DNA of 64,000 bases, taken from assembly GCA_963924565.1 (NCBI GenBank), contig OZ004607.1:35278001-35342000 (forward strand). Reading direction: 5' to 3'. Shown here one piece after another: positions 39,349-53,400 of the stretch. Positions within the stretch are counted from its first letter, which is position 1. The number at the start of each line of letters is the position of its first letter. Under the pieces are notes generated by a model, which searched no databases, was not told where the DNA came from, and saw nothing but the letters and a program-made list of their open reading frames with translations. The stretch is from Ascidiella aspersa (lineage: Eukaryota). Position numbers and translations under genes: made by a program.

Positions 39349-40369
39349 GTTTAAGGAATGACAGATTACTTAGCCAATGACAGGAGTTTTTTATTTTCTT
39401 TTTTAAGATTTTTAAAGGCGTTTTTTGGCCTTAGATGGGTTGCTTAATAAACATGGACTATTGTAGTCTATTTATTACAAACAACAGTGTGATAAATGTA
39501 CCGCTTCTATTACCACAGTCATTTCAACTTACCTTTTGCAAACGTTTACTAACCCTGATAAGTTGCCTTGATGTTTTCAAGCGATTTTAATATTGCGAAC
39601 CAAGAAAATGTATATTGTAATGCAACGGAAATGAAACTTGGTATTCGTAGCGTCATCGCTTTAAAGTTTAAACCGACAAAATCAGAACTTACAGCGCCGG
39701 ACGGAAAAATACACGACTTGGGCTGTTGTGAAACAGAAAATGACGGTTAATGCGTTGTGCCAGGTTCGAAAATATGTCATCGCTGTACATAGCTTCATTT
39801 AAGCATGTTCGTAGATCACGATGAAACTTAGCTTGGGGGCACATTTATTTTTGGATTACACTGAATTAGATTGTTGGTAGGCTATTTGCATTTTGGTTTT
39901 ATGTGAGGAATGTTAAGTTTTTATGTATTTAATGCATTTCTATGCAGATTTTGTGGAGCTTCTACGGCAGTGATTTCTCATACGTTGAACAAGTCCCCAC
40001 TTTTGTTTAAAAAGTCAGGCCCATCAGAGCTACTACACATCATAAGAATATGTTTTGTTCTGTCACTGAAAGCATACATGACATTTTGCCGATGGGATGC
40101 ACGCCCTTTCTCCAGAATTTTTATTTCAAAGTAGGAAACGTTTTGCTGGACTGCTAAAGTGCACAAATTAATGTGGTATCGCATCGGCAGCGATGTTATT
40201 TAAATATTGGATTACACCACTACAGTTACCGGGTAATAGAGATTATCTAAAATCCCTCTAACAACAGTCGAATGCCGCATATATATTCTATTATAAGACA
40301 GGCCATGACAAATTGTTGCAACTTATCAGCTTGCGATGGTTGATTCAGCGGTCCACTGGGCTAAGCGTC

Positions 40370-40459
40370 CTTAACAGGAAGTGATAGGGCTGGCTTACGC
40401 ATTTCAGGCCTGCGCGCGAGCGTAGATTATGACGTTCTGCTGACGTAACAATAGCCCAG
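40370..40459 (+). promoter_or_regulatory. Probable aGPCR promoter and short non-coding first exon ending at CAG|GTAAGA (40459)
   Basis: CpG-rich patch with an ETS-like CAGGAAGTG, GCGCGCG and TGACGT half-sites. A strong donor at 40460 pairs with the acceptor at 40570, 11 nt before the ATG. Confidence 0.55.
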
Positions 40460-40581
40460 GTAAGACCGAGAGCGCTTCTTGGTAGGTTTTAATACGTACT
40501 TAAAGGGATTCAGTTTTGCTTATAAGCGCCGTGCAGCTTTATAATGTCCTGAATCGTAATTTTGACTCAGGTTAAAAAGGC

Positions 40582-43500
40582 ATGGGAATATTTACCGACG
40601 CCTCTCACTTGAAGTGGACTCTGCTGTTGATTTGCACCGCGATTTGCATTCTGTCTGGTACGTTTTTCTGAAAGAACTTTTATGACAATTATTGGTTTTG
40701 GTTTTGTTGCATATATTTTGACATATTTTTCTGATCTAGCCGCAAGATGTTAAGATACTCAACGTTTTTTTTATTGTATTGTTTAGATTAGAGTGTCTTT
40801 GAATATAGGTTAATATTGTTAAAGTAAATTGTTACCTTAAAGCGTAAAACAGACGAGAGAGGTTTACAACTGAGAGATGCATACTAAGATTACAATTCCT
40901 GGCCTTTTTGTACATTTGATCGGTCATACACTGAATCACAATAAAACAACATTTCCACTGTTTTTCGGAAAAAGTTTTAGACATTTTGGTTGATCATTTT
41001 AGACCAGGTTGTTAGAAATCGTTTAACAAATCCGACACAAAAACGCTACGGTTGCCGCTTTCGTTTTTAAAAAAGCCATTTTACATGCTACATATTTTCC
41101 TGCCTGGCACATTTTGCCAAAATGTTTTTTACCAAAATGTTGAATAAAGTGCTTTTCTGTGTTTAGTGAACTCCCAGAGGGAAACTTGCTGCGAACATCA
41201 GATCAACACTTGCGATTTCACCTGTCTCAATACTAACGGTAAGTATAGAAGGATGCCTCTATGAAAGAAACATTTCTTAAAAGAATTAAGAAAAATGACT
41301 CTTAAAATAAATAAGTTTGTAATACAGCAGTGTTTATCAACCTTTTTTCGGGGCTTCACAAATGCTATAAGTGTACGTATAACGGTGAAGCTCTGGCAAG
41401 CCTAAAATGAACAAAAAAGAAATAATACAGTGGCACTAATAAATTCAATTTTAATAAACATGGGTCATGTCTTCTTTAGCAATTTTTGTAATTTTAGGAG
41501 AAATCTTGATGAAAACCCATCCGATTGAATCTAACCATGTAGACCACATCAGTGGGCGACCCAACCAAATCAAACGGCGATCAAATTTTAATTGGCCACC
41601 CGTGGGTTTAGAAACACTGCATTACAGCATTATGTCGTCTTTTGCAGAAGGATTGGCGAAATGCAACAACAGAACTGCCCGGTGTCTCAACACGTCAGTT
41701 GCTTGCTTTTCAGCATTTTGCAATTGTGTGCCACGATATGTACCGCGACAAAGAGGTATAGGTTAATTTTGTTTATAGCCCATTAATAGTACAACTATAC
41801 AAAGAACGAAATACCAAAAGCGACAGAGTTACGTATTTCCGGATTACATCAATCGCGGATAGAATTTGATGATAGCAGGTTGACGATAACTATACGTTTA
41901 ATCAGGTTAAGGTATTTTGTAACGCATTGTAATGATAGGGTTATCAAAATTTGTTTTGGTGTTGTCAATAGAAAAATTATCAATAAACAAAACTTTAAAC
42001 TTAAAATCCGATTTTCTAATTATAAATCAGTTTAGAAAACGCAAAGTTTTTTTAGGAGTCATCTCTAAGAAAATATGTGTAAAAATAACTTGGAAATTTT
42101 CATTTCGTTTCTTTGACCAAGTTTTATTACTTTCTCGGGCAAGCTTGTATTTAGTCATCACAACACTGCTTAACTGTAATGCTCGCCAATCCTTTTTCTT
42201 GTGGCCTAATTTAAACATAAATGAAGCCGCTTTACGGCGCATAAAGTGCTGGGCTGAACTCTTAGAATGAATTCCTCCCCGAAAAATTAAAAAAAATTGA
42301 TAGTTTAGTTAAATGTTAACGACATTTCCAATTTATATTATTCGAAATGGTGCTCGTTCACAATAAATAACCAAAATACCGTATCTAAACTTTTGCATTG
42401 TCAGCTTGTATTTCATTTTATGCGGTATTTTGCCTGTTTTTTAGTACAATATTATCTAATTATTTAACTTCGGTTGCAGATCAATGTAATACACTTTATG
42501 CTTCGTCGGGCGCAACGCAAATCACCTTTCTCGACTTTAGAGTAAACACAGTCGCTTACTCGGAAGAGAAATGCAAGGGCTCAAGTAAGTAGCACTATTG
42601 AAGAGGTCATCTCACGTGGAATGCTTTGAAGTATTATTCTACGTTTAAACAGCATTTCTCTTCTGATAATACGGCAAAATTAAAGCTGCAAGGTTGCTAG
42701 AAATTAAAAAATGGAGAACCGCTTTGCTTGAGAAAGGGGTCCGGCTTTTTAAAGAAGGGCTGCAGAGTCGGTTAAAAATAACTTAAGTTCGACTCCGGCC
42801 AAAAAAAATGAACCCTAGTCGCACTCTTGAGTCCCGAGTCCGAATCCGGTCAAATTTGCGATTTCGTCGAGTCCCGGCCCTGACTCTACAGCCTGTATTT
42901 CACCAATTTACGTAACTAAAATAACGTAGATATTGAGCAATCCGCTTATAGGGGTGTCGTATAATTCATTTACTCAAAATATATTGGAAAATATTCGACC
43001 ATATGCAATTCCACTTTTATAATTTACAGTTAGCGGCTTTGACAGTTTCAAAATTTTCAGAATCGGACTCGGGACTCGGGTAGTTTTACGTGGTTTTACT
43101 CGAGTCCCGAGTCCGACTCCGCAGCCCTGCTTTAAAGTGATGCAAACAGGCTTTATTTACAAGCAAACAATCACATTTTTTAAAGCTTTTGACACTTATA
43201 CATTTATAGCGCGTACATACTAGTTATTTTTTCGACCCAGTACAACTGCGCCCCCAACTTAATTCGCCACTATTTTATTTTTTCATTCGTTTGCTTAAGC
43301 TTACGACTTTATTTCCTAAACTTCGAAACTGAATCAAAAATTCAAAATTTAGAGGGCGTGTGACAACAGTTCAACGACGTTCCAGTTTTTTTTTACTCTG
43401 CAATATCGCTAACGCAAGCCTGAAATAAGGATTTTTTTTCATTTTTATACCAGGTTTGCCACTAGCGTCAATCTCGTGCCAACATAATACAACATGTGGG

Positions 43501-44339
43501 GTTGGCGGGCGAGCAACGTACAACCTAGACACTCTCTATCGATTCAATTGCAACGATACGATAACTTCGGTTGTGGATAACGTAAGTTTTAGCGTTATCC
43601 CCGGTTATACAGTACTTTTTGGTTTGCTGATGTTTTAGTTAGTTGTTCAGATGTTAAAACATTAGTTTCCGGTTCACCAAATGTATACGCTTATATATAA
43701 ACTAGAACCTTTAAAATCCTGGGTAGAATGCTGGGTATACGATTTTCTGTTTTACATGTTATTGTAAATGTTAGCGGGTAAGATCGACATGGGGAAACGC
43801 ACTATTGCTAAAGGATTCCATAAAGATTCCTTCAACTAAAAACCTAACCTCGTTTTGGGTTGCGAGACGTTCAACGTGGTCGGACTGTTCGTATCTTCCT
43901 TCTATGATCATTAGGATGATATTCGATTATACAAATTGGCAATTCGCTAACAATATTCACTGGGTGGAAGTCAAGAGGAATTTAAAAACTGGGTTTGAGA
44001 CTCCTAACTTTTTTCTCTAACGTATGATTAGTAGCAAAGATGATTTAGCTTAGTACCACTCTTGCAATACGTCAAACATTCGTGGTGCGAATTTCGTTTT
44101 CACGGGCCAGAAAGGAGATAAACAAGTCATCAGTTGGAAACCGGTGACTCGGCACCTTTGACGTGCAACTTGCTGCCAAGATGTATTTTGAACTTTGTAA
44201 CTCAGATGAGATATTTACAATTTTCTGATTCACGCAAGGACGCAATTTATCCTTGCAATACATTTACAAATTACAATGATAACAAAGTTCCCATGGAAAT
44301 ACAATACATTTGCGTTTCCGTTAAATCCGAACGTGGTAC

Positions 44340-44409
<70 letters not shown>

Positions 44410-47400
44410 GTGTCATGATGTAAAAACACGTGTAACTAGATCATTGTTTGCAAACCTTTCGAATTAAGCCACATATACAAAATATAAAAAAGCACACTTA
44501 CTTGCAATTTCATTCGGTCGTTTTGTGTAATGATAAATTTTAAATACATTTTTATACCATTAAAACACACCCCATAGTGCGCGGCGAAACCAACGTTTAA
44601 ACCAATGAACTTATCAACCTGTAAGGTCAAGCGGTTATACCGATATATACCGAAAAACAAAACCTATATTTAAGTCATGTCGTTAACGATTCATGTCAAT
44701 GTTTTTCAACCTTTTTCGTGACTACCCAAATACTATAAGCGTAAGTTTAACAACGACTCTTTGGCGACCTATAAATATCCACTGAGATTGTAAAGAATTA
44801 AAATTACCACTGAATTTTTTTTTTCATTTACATTATCCTTGTCCCGAGTCTGCCACAAGCATGAAGTTGTCTTGGATAATGTCTGGTAAAAAAATAGTAT
44901 CTTAATTAAAACAGGCTATATCTAAGTAGTCTGAAATATTTACCTATGCTACTAATTTTGTTATAATGATGAACTGAATTCCCGCAACTACAATTAAAAT
45001 ATTGTTTCTCTAACTTATGTTCTTCCGGCAAGAATATATAAGACCAATAAAACATATTTAACACCAATACCACTAATGCATTGCCAACGCTTTGTACCGA
45101 GCATCCTTATTGGAAGTTCAAGTAAACTGACAACTGACTCCAGGGTCAACTGACTCGATAACCATTTTATGGTTCTTCGTTGAAGCTTTGCTATTGAGGT
45201 CGCATTTATAGCACCAAATAAATGTTTATCTTTATCTTAGTGACAACATAGAAAATCGCCCTTGATTTTTAGCAACAGTCTATATATCGATATTTTGTAA
45301 GTTTAAAGAGCACAAAGCACAAGTAAACTGTAGCATTAATGAAATAAATTTAACTAATGTTAGGCATGTCGTGCTTCCGAAATTTCATAAATTTTTCAAA
45401 TATTTTGCTCAGAACCAATCTCAATCAACCTAAATGTGTGAACTACCGTATAGTGCAGTGGTCTTCAACCTTTTTATTAACTGCACCAAAATTACATATA
45501 AAATGAAATCCGCATTTAGATGCGACCCGAGTTTGTTCTTTGTTAAGTCATTTTTTAGCTTATGACACGAGCGATTAAACATTACGCGTAAAATATATAG
45601 GCTAAAATTTCAGAGAATTGTGGCTACACATGTGTAATGAAATGAGAAGTTCAAATTAACACATGGAATTAAAGTTAACACATGAAACATGATTTTTGAA
45701 TTTTCTTTATTCAGTTTTTAATATACTCATTACGCTCGTTTAAACACTGAGCGCATTAAAACCACTAAACTATACAGGTATTGGTGAGTGATGACGACCC
45801 CAGAATAGGTTTAGGCGACCCCACATGTGGTCGCGACCCATAGGCTGGAGACCACTGGTATAGTGGGCCAAATCAAACCACGCCCCATTTTGGGTTACGA
45901 CTTGTAGTTTCACAAACAGTGATTTACATCAACGATTGTTTTTTATTTTTTGTTATAGGCGTTAAAAGGAGGTTCATCAAGCCTCGACATACTGGAGGCG
46001 GCCAACTACTTGCTGGAGAGTTTGAACTCCACCACAATGCAACTCAATTCCTCGCAACTGTCCAGCCTTGCAGGTTTCATGGCTTTCGTGAATCAACGTG
46101 CGGAGAACCAAACGCTCACGGTGAGGTTATGACGATATTGTACCCAAAGGTAGGACCCAGAGGGGGGCGATGTCCGACTCATAAACTAAAGTTTTTGCTA
46201 CCCAAACTGACTAAGTGTTAAAGTTTATTGCGCTTCGTGTTCCCAATATGTTTTTCCAGTTTAAAGCGAATCCTTCCAGTATCACAAGACGCCATATGCA
46301 TACCAGTGCATGTTCATTCTTTCTATTGTTTATAGAGCCTATAGCGCGGTGATACAAAACGCAATTTCAGCCAAATTCGCCTAGATAAAGAAACGTTTCG
46401 CAATATTACTTGTTCGCAATACAGTTTTTTTTATTTTGAACTGCACCTCTCTAGCTTTCAAACAATAAGATAAATGTTTTATGTTGTGTTGTAAATTGCC
46501 CAAGTTTTTACGTGATTTTTGACTTCCATTAATTTATATCGAGAAATATTTTTTATGTCATACATTATGAGAAATCTCATTAGCTTACAAATGCGTTGTA
46601 GTTTTTATTGGTGCTTATAGCTTTTGTCCATCATTAAATCGGGGCTTTGAAAATAAAAGACTTTGACAAAGTTGTAATCTAATATGTGCATTTTTGGTTT
46701 AAAACTAATTACCGTACTTCACAGACTTGAAAAGCCTTGATCTATAAAAATTTCTCTTGAAAACAAACAGGTGTCTACTGAACTTCTGACAAAAGTGGCG
46801 GGGATTGCAAACAGCTTGACTGGATCTGTCTGGGAGATAAACAACAGCTCGAATGAACAAGCTGTGAAGAACGAACAGAAGAAGGTTATCACGTCCGTGT
46901 CGTCACTTGCACAGAGAGTGAGGCTGGAAAACGCTTCGAGCTCTTTCGAGTTCGCATCTCAATTCCTGGCCATTCAGGTAGACAATTTACTCAAGTATTG
47001 GATGAATCTTGTTCAGAACCAATCCCGATAATCATCAGTGTTGTAAACAAGTCATTTTGAGATGGCTTAAGTATTATAGTTAAGTCTTTCGAATAAATAA
47101 CAAGTCAATTCCGAATCAAATCCTTGTCATAAAACGTAAATTTTAAACTACATTAAACTTGGTTAAATCGTCTAATTATGAGAAATAACCCAACTAAATA
47201 ACAAACACGCATAGCAAGTAAATTGTTTTATGAGCAAAAATTGAGATAAATAACCAAAATTTACAAAAATGCTTAATAAAAACACTTCATTTCAACCCAA
47301 GTTATTTGTACAAAAGACTTAAATCAAGTCAAGTCAAGTCATTAGTTGGAAAGACGTAAGTTAAGTGAAGTCTTTCGAAAACAACGACTTAAGTGCACTA

Positions 47401-50400
47401 TCATTCACTTAATTTATTACAACACTAAATCACAACCCTATATAAACTACTGCAGTCGGTGATCCAATGTAATCAAACGGTAACCCAGTATTGCGTAAGT
47501 ACCCATGTCCAACAAGTTGAGAAAGACTTAAATCATAACTTCTTTAATTGACACCTGCGACATGCAGCGTTTAATATCGCAATATGCGTCACTACCTTCG
47601 CGGCTGTCAAGACCACCCTTCAAGTCATATATTGCAGGCGTGACAGAAAAGAATCATTTACGGCTAAATCTTGAGGACTTGTTAGTTCAGCTTTTATTCA
47701 ATCACGCTTAAACCTTTTTTGCAGTGTTGTAAAACACTGAAATAACTTAAGTCTTTAAGTCGTTTAAATCAAGTCGTTTGAAAAATATTCAGGCTAAGTC
47801 AATTGTCATTATTAAGTCAAGCACATGTCAAGTCACTAGAATTAAAGTTTTAAACGTTTTAAACTCTTTGATGAACTTATTTATTTTCCAAGAAAACAAA
47901 GTGTGTTTAATTTAAACTTCAAATTACACCATAAACAATAGAGCCATATGCATAAATCACCAATACCTATATAACCCAATACCTATAACACCCAATACCT
48001 ATATGCATTATCTTTAATAGGTACAACTTTAGTAAAAAACACACATGTAACATCTTTATGTAATCACAATCTTTTCAAAGGTAAAGGACAATTTCGACCT
48101 AAATGCCCCATCAACTTTCGTTCCCGGTGACGCAGTCCGGGTAACTGTGCCGGCCTCAGCACTTAGACAAGCCCTGGCTCTGTCGAATACAAGCAACCCA
48201 ACTGGTAGAGCCTTGCGTAGCGTCAGGAGTTCATTTGTATTCTATAATGATGGTTCGCTCTTCTATTCGACGCAGAGAGCGCCTTGGGTAAGTTGGTTAT
48301 TGGCATGAAAAACAAATATCTATGATTCTGTTTAAATGAGAGACTAAAGATTGCTTTCTGGCAAAATATGTTTCTCTTATCATCAAAATGACTGACTTTG
48401 ACTAGGACAGAAAAGTATATCTAAATATTTGCTTTAATTTGAAGCCTTTGTCAAAATTTACTTGTAAGGGCGAGGAGATAACTTGTTTATTAGCATTTAG
48501 TTTTTATATCTGTGTTGTATAATACATTCTTTTCACTATTAGAATATATACTAAGACTTCAAAATTGGTTCAAATCGGCCTAAATAAATTATTCGTGAAG
48601 TAATTCCAGCAATAATTTTTGAAGTTCGCGATACACGACATACTTGTCCAGTTTACGTGTTGTTATAAAAAGCGCAAATTTTACATACTAGATTATCGAT
48701 TGTTCTGTTGCATCACTTCAAACCGCTTATATTTTGTTATTTTAACCCATGCCTATTGTCACTATTGTGGAATAAATAATTTTTAGTTTTTTTTTACGTA
48801 AACCTCAGTGTCACGGACATTTAAAATGCCAATTGGTAATGTTGCGAAATAGTTTTGATTTTTCCCTGGACTTCCATACTCGGTAATTAGCCTGATGGAT
48901 GGTTTTCGTTATAAAACCGGTGCTAGTCATTTTAATCCTACCATCAGTGAGGCCTGTATTTTCAGGTGGTCACTATATTGACGTCCGAGAAAAAGCCACC
49001 TAGGGCCAGTTTTAATACTCACATTATTTCAGAGAGAATGTGTAAACGTATTTAATATATATGTGCTGTTTTCTTCCTATGGCAAAGTCACAAATTAGAA
49101 TCGTTAATTCTATTATTTTGTATGGGTTATTCCAATTCAACCATATTTACTCCAGTTACAAGAATGTATTTTTAGGTTGTCTCTATCGACGTCGGAGAAT
49201 CGGTCAAACTGAGTAATCTCAGCGAACCAATCAGAATCCAGAGCACGCAAGATTTCGTAGCGTACGGGAAATCCCCAGTGAAAAACTCAACTCTCCAGGT
49301 AATGATTAGTTAAGGTACAAAACAATAAACTCATTGCTGTTCGGTAACCTTTCAAAGTATGAATGGGATATTAGATGTCAACTTTTTTGCCTGGCATACA
49401 TCCGCTACAGACCAACAATTTGCTTCAGTTAAACGTTCATACACTTTCTTGCTAAGCATGTCTGCAAACGTTTATACTATTGTAAAACCAAAACTTTCAC
49501 CCTACATAGATCCTGTGTGGCGCACAACGTTCGGTAAAAACAAATTTCCTATTATAAGTTGTTTTTTTTTTTGCATTTTTGCGATGGTTTGTAGCTTATA
49601 GTTGTAAAACAGCAATGCCGCCGGCGCTTGTTATCCCTCATGCTGTATATAACTAGTTACTTACTTACTAGAAACTTTTAGCCAGTAATAACAGTTCTTA
49701 AACGTTTTACTGAGAGGTAGCAACCCAGCGTTCTTTTGTACCCCAATTTTGATGTTCATTTCTCGTTCTTTTGATGTTCATTTCTCGTGCGATTTTTTTT
49801 TTTGTTTTTTGCTCTGCAATCCTCTCTGCAATGTTTTAAGGCGGACGTGAGTGTGTAACTCAAACCCCGGGAACACACCGTTTGAATCGCTTCAGAAAAA
49901 ATCAATGTAATTTTCAAATTTTGCTGCAGGCCTTGCTGCATACGAGTAAGTGTGTTTACTGGGACCTGACCTTTGGAGAATGGAGAAGCGATGGCTGCTG
50001 CTTGAACTTAACGGCCGAAACCCCGGAATGCTTGTGCGACCATCTCACAAACTTCGCCGTGTTGGTGGTAAGGTTATCTTTGAAGTAGCCATCGGTTTTT
50101 GGTTAGCATTTCATTGCAAAGGTGTGAGTGTTAAACAGCCACGCTTTGTTTTCTGAAAACTGATACTCAATATTATTTGTGGCCCTAAATAATCGAATAG
50201 CGAAATCAGCAACTAACAAAATCAAAATCGTTTATGTTTAACCTTTTTTTGGTTTCTTTTAACCTTTTTTGTCATTTAGTGAATCCTAATTTGAATGTTT
50301 ATTTGTTTAACTAGTGGCCGACCTTTTTCGGCAAAATTTCAAGTAAAAATATTAGTCTTCCAACGAACGAAAATTAATTCAAGGTTTAGCAATTACTTTG

Positions 50401-53400
50401 TTCTATTATTGCGCGTTTTGAAAAGCTTTAAAAAAATAAACTAATTTTTAGAGATCTGACCTGGTCGCTGCAGATGTGGTGCTTTCCCTAATCAGCGACA
50501 TCGGATGTATACTTTCTATGGCTGGACTTCTCTTCACAATTATTGTGCATCTTATCAACCGGTTCGTAAATTTTCAACGTACTTTTTACGAAATACCTGA
50601 CACAGCAAATCACAAATTAATATTAATGATGAAAACATTCATGCCAGTGTTTTTGTTTCTAAAATTGGTAAAAAAAAACTATAAGTGCAAGCTCCCCAGG
50701 CCAGTGTTGACAACCGCTTAACTTAAAACTTAGTGTGTAAAAATATTTAGCACATGTTTGTGTTGTTTTCCATCTATGGCAACTTTACAAATTAGAATCG
50801 TAAGTAAATTGATTCTATTTTATGGCTTATTCTAATTCAACCATATTTACTCCAGTTTTAAAAATGTAAGGATATGTCAAACCCTATACAGAATTGGACA
50901 TAAAGTGAATATTTAAAACTGTTGGAAATACAGCTTCGTTTTAAACGTTCACACCATATTTCTAACTACTATATCTTAAACGAGTTCCCAAATGGTTCAG
51001 AGTGATAATCTAATTCTTTTGGATTATAATTACAATATCAATTATTTTATCAAATGTCGTCGAATCTCCAAAGAAATAGGGCCAAAAAAAAAGTACAACT
51101 TTGCGTCAACGTTAAACGGTATTCAATTGTTTGGAGTATATTGGTTGGAGGTTGTAGTAAGACGTAGTAAGAATATCAAAGCCTATACAGAAGTAGGTAG
51201 CATTTTAAACGTTCCGAATAACTCTTACGATAATTAATGGAGGTTATAGTATAAAATTTAGAATTAATATAAAAGCCCATACAAAAGAAGGTAGCATTTT
51301 GAACATTTCGAATAAATTTTAATGTATTGGCTGGAGGTTGTAGTAAGATGTAGGAAGAATATCGAAGTCCATAAAGAAGTAGAGAGCATTTTGAACGTTT
51401 GAATAACTTTTTTTTAACATCGATGCTGAAAATGAATAAAGAGTTATTCTAAACGTTTAAAATGATACCTACTTTTGTATGGGCTTTGGTATTCAAATGC
51501 TTTACCAATCCTTCTCCATAGCGATGTCCGACAGCGTCGTCCGGTCAAGATCATGATCCACCTCTGCGCGAATCTTCTCCTCTTCTACCTCGTCTTCGTG
51601 GCTGGGATCGGGAGGGTGGAGCACGAGTACGCTTGCTTCCTCATCACAGCTCTTCTCCACTATTTTCTCCTGACCACTTGGTGCTGGATGAGCGTGTACA
51701 GCTTCGACATGTACAAGTCGCTTGTTAAGGTAAAACAAGGATTTCGCGGATGCAGCAAGCTTAACCTCTTTTTAAACCGCAATATTTACTTTTTTGCTTT
51801 TAAATGAAAATATTTGATTAGATTAAACAATCTCCTTTGAAGATAAAATATAGACCTGTAATGAACGCTTCTTCGTATAACACTTGCTGCTAACTTTTAT
51901 GTTATTATGAGTCAAGAGAAAGCATTTCATTGCGATTTACCACTAAGGCTGATAGACAAAATACATGCTCTTTCGAGTGGCCAACAATTCTATTCTTAAA
52001 TTTGAATAAGCCCAGTCTTCAAACAACTGGGTTTTATGATAAGTAAAGATAAGATAGAGCATCCTGTAAACCTGTTAGTGTCATACGATAAACAACCAAA
52101 ACAGCTTGTGACACAAAAGTTAATCAATCAGACCAATCAAAGAGTTTAACTATTTAATCCTTTTAGATACCAGTACATATAGTGGGCCAACATATTAATT
52201 AGTTCCATTATGACAACAGTTATGCAATGGCAGCTGTGCATATTATAAGTCTCATATTTATTTTCAGCGGGAAAACACATTATAATTAAATTTACCCAAA
52301 ATTAATATTACATACGAGGAAATTTCTCGTAATAACCGATAAAGAACATTGTAAAGAATTCGATAAAGAGAACCACAACTTATTCATGGTAAAAAGGCAG
52401 TTACATATTTTTTTTTAATTGGAGTGTGATAATATTCCAATTTTAATTCTCCTTATGACTTTCTTATCTACTGTTGCTTTTTTACTCAGTTGAAAGCTTG
52501 CTATTCTTTCCGCAGGTGTTCAGCGACCGACGAAGATATTTTCTCCAGCATTGCGTCAGTTTCGCGTACGGGACTCCCCTGGTGGTCGTCATAACAACGG
52601 CAGCCGTGGCGATCGGATATTTCGATCAACAACAGGATAAAAATTCCGATCTGTGCGATCCATCGGGTAAGTAAGAAAATTGACGCCATGGAGAAGGATA
52701 CAAATCTTTCTTTTTACCGCGGACCAGTAGCTGTCTATAAATCCATGACGAGTAGGGATAGTAAGTCCAAATATTGTTTACTGCTTTTAGAGCATTTTTA
52801 GCCTCGCGTGGACCACGGTAGGCAAAACAAATTTTCAAAATGACCTCAAGTCTTTTGCTTTGTACGGCGGCTTGGGTTGGGTGCGAGTGGAACACTCCAG
52901 AAAAGTGTTTTTCAACCTATGGGTCGAGCCAAAATTTCGTGACAGTTAGGTTTGGTTTGTAATTCACGTAGTGAGATTTAACAACATTATTAAGATTGGT
53001 TCTGAGCAAAATTTCTATAAAATTTGAAAAAACTGTGCGATAAACACGAGGACATTGCTCATTTTTAATTTTCATAAATCTGCTGATATTGGCCCAAAAA
53101 ATGTGAAAGTGAAATCGAGTCTAAATAGGATTCAGTGCAAAACCGTTTTATTTTTAATTAAACTGTTTTCTTTAAACAAATCATTTACTTTTTAAAATAT
53201 ACACTAATATTTTAGTTGGCCTTCATGGACCCCTAAAACTAGTTCGCGGACCGCCAAGGGGTCCATTGACCCCTGTTAAAGAACCCCTGTGTTAAACAAA
53301 GGTATTGTGCTGCGGAACGGGGAAAGTGTTTGTTTAAATTGCCGTTACTAGCCGCTCGCAAAAGATTTCCACAAGCTGTTTTACTATCGACTTGATTGCC

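Noticed and set aside
43790-44340. Possible extra aGPCR exon or nested gene (..STWSDCSY..)
   Set aside because: No consistent splice sites or phase, stops in the candidate frames, and the flanking exons already join in frame.
45919-46221. 100-aa ORF from the ORF track
   Set aside because: The true aGPCR exon (45959-46120) is read in a different frame (ALKGGSSSLDILEAANYLL..), as set by the splice phases.
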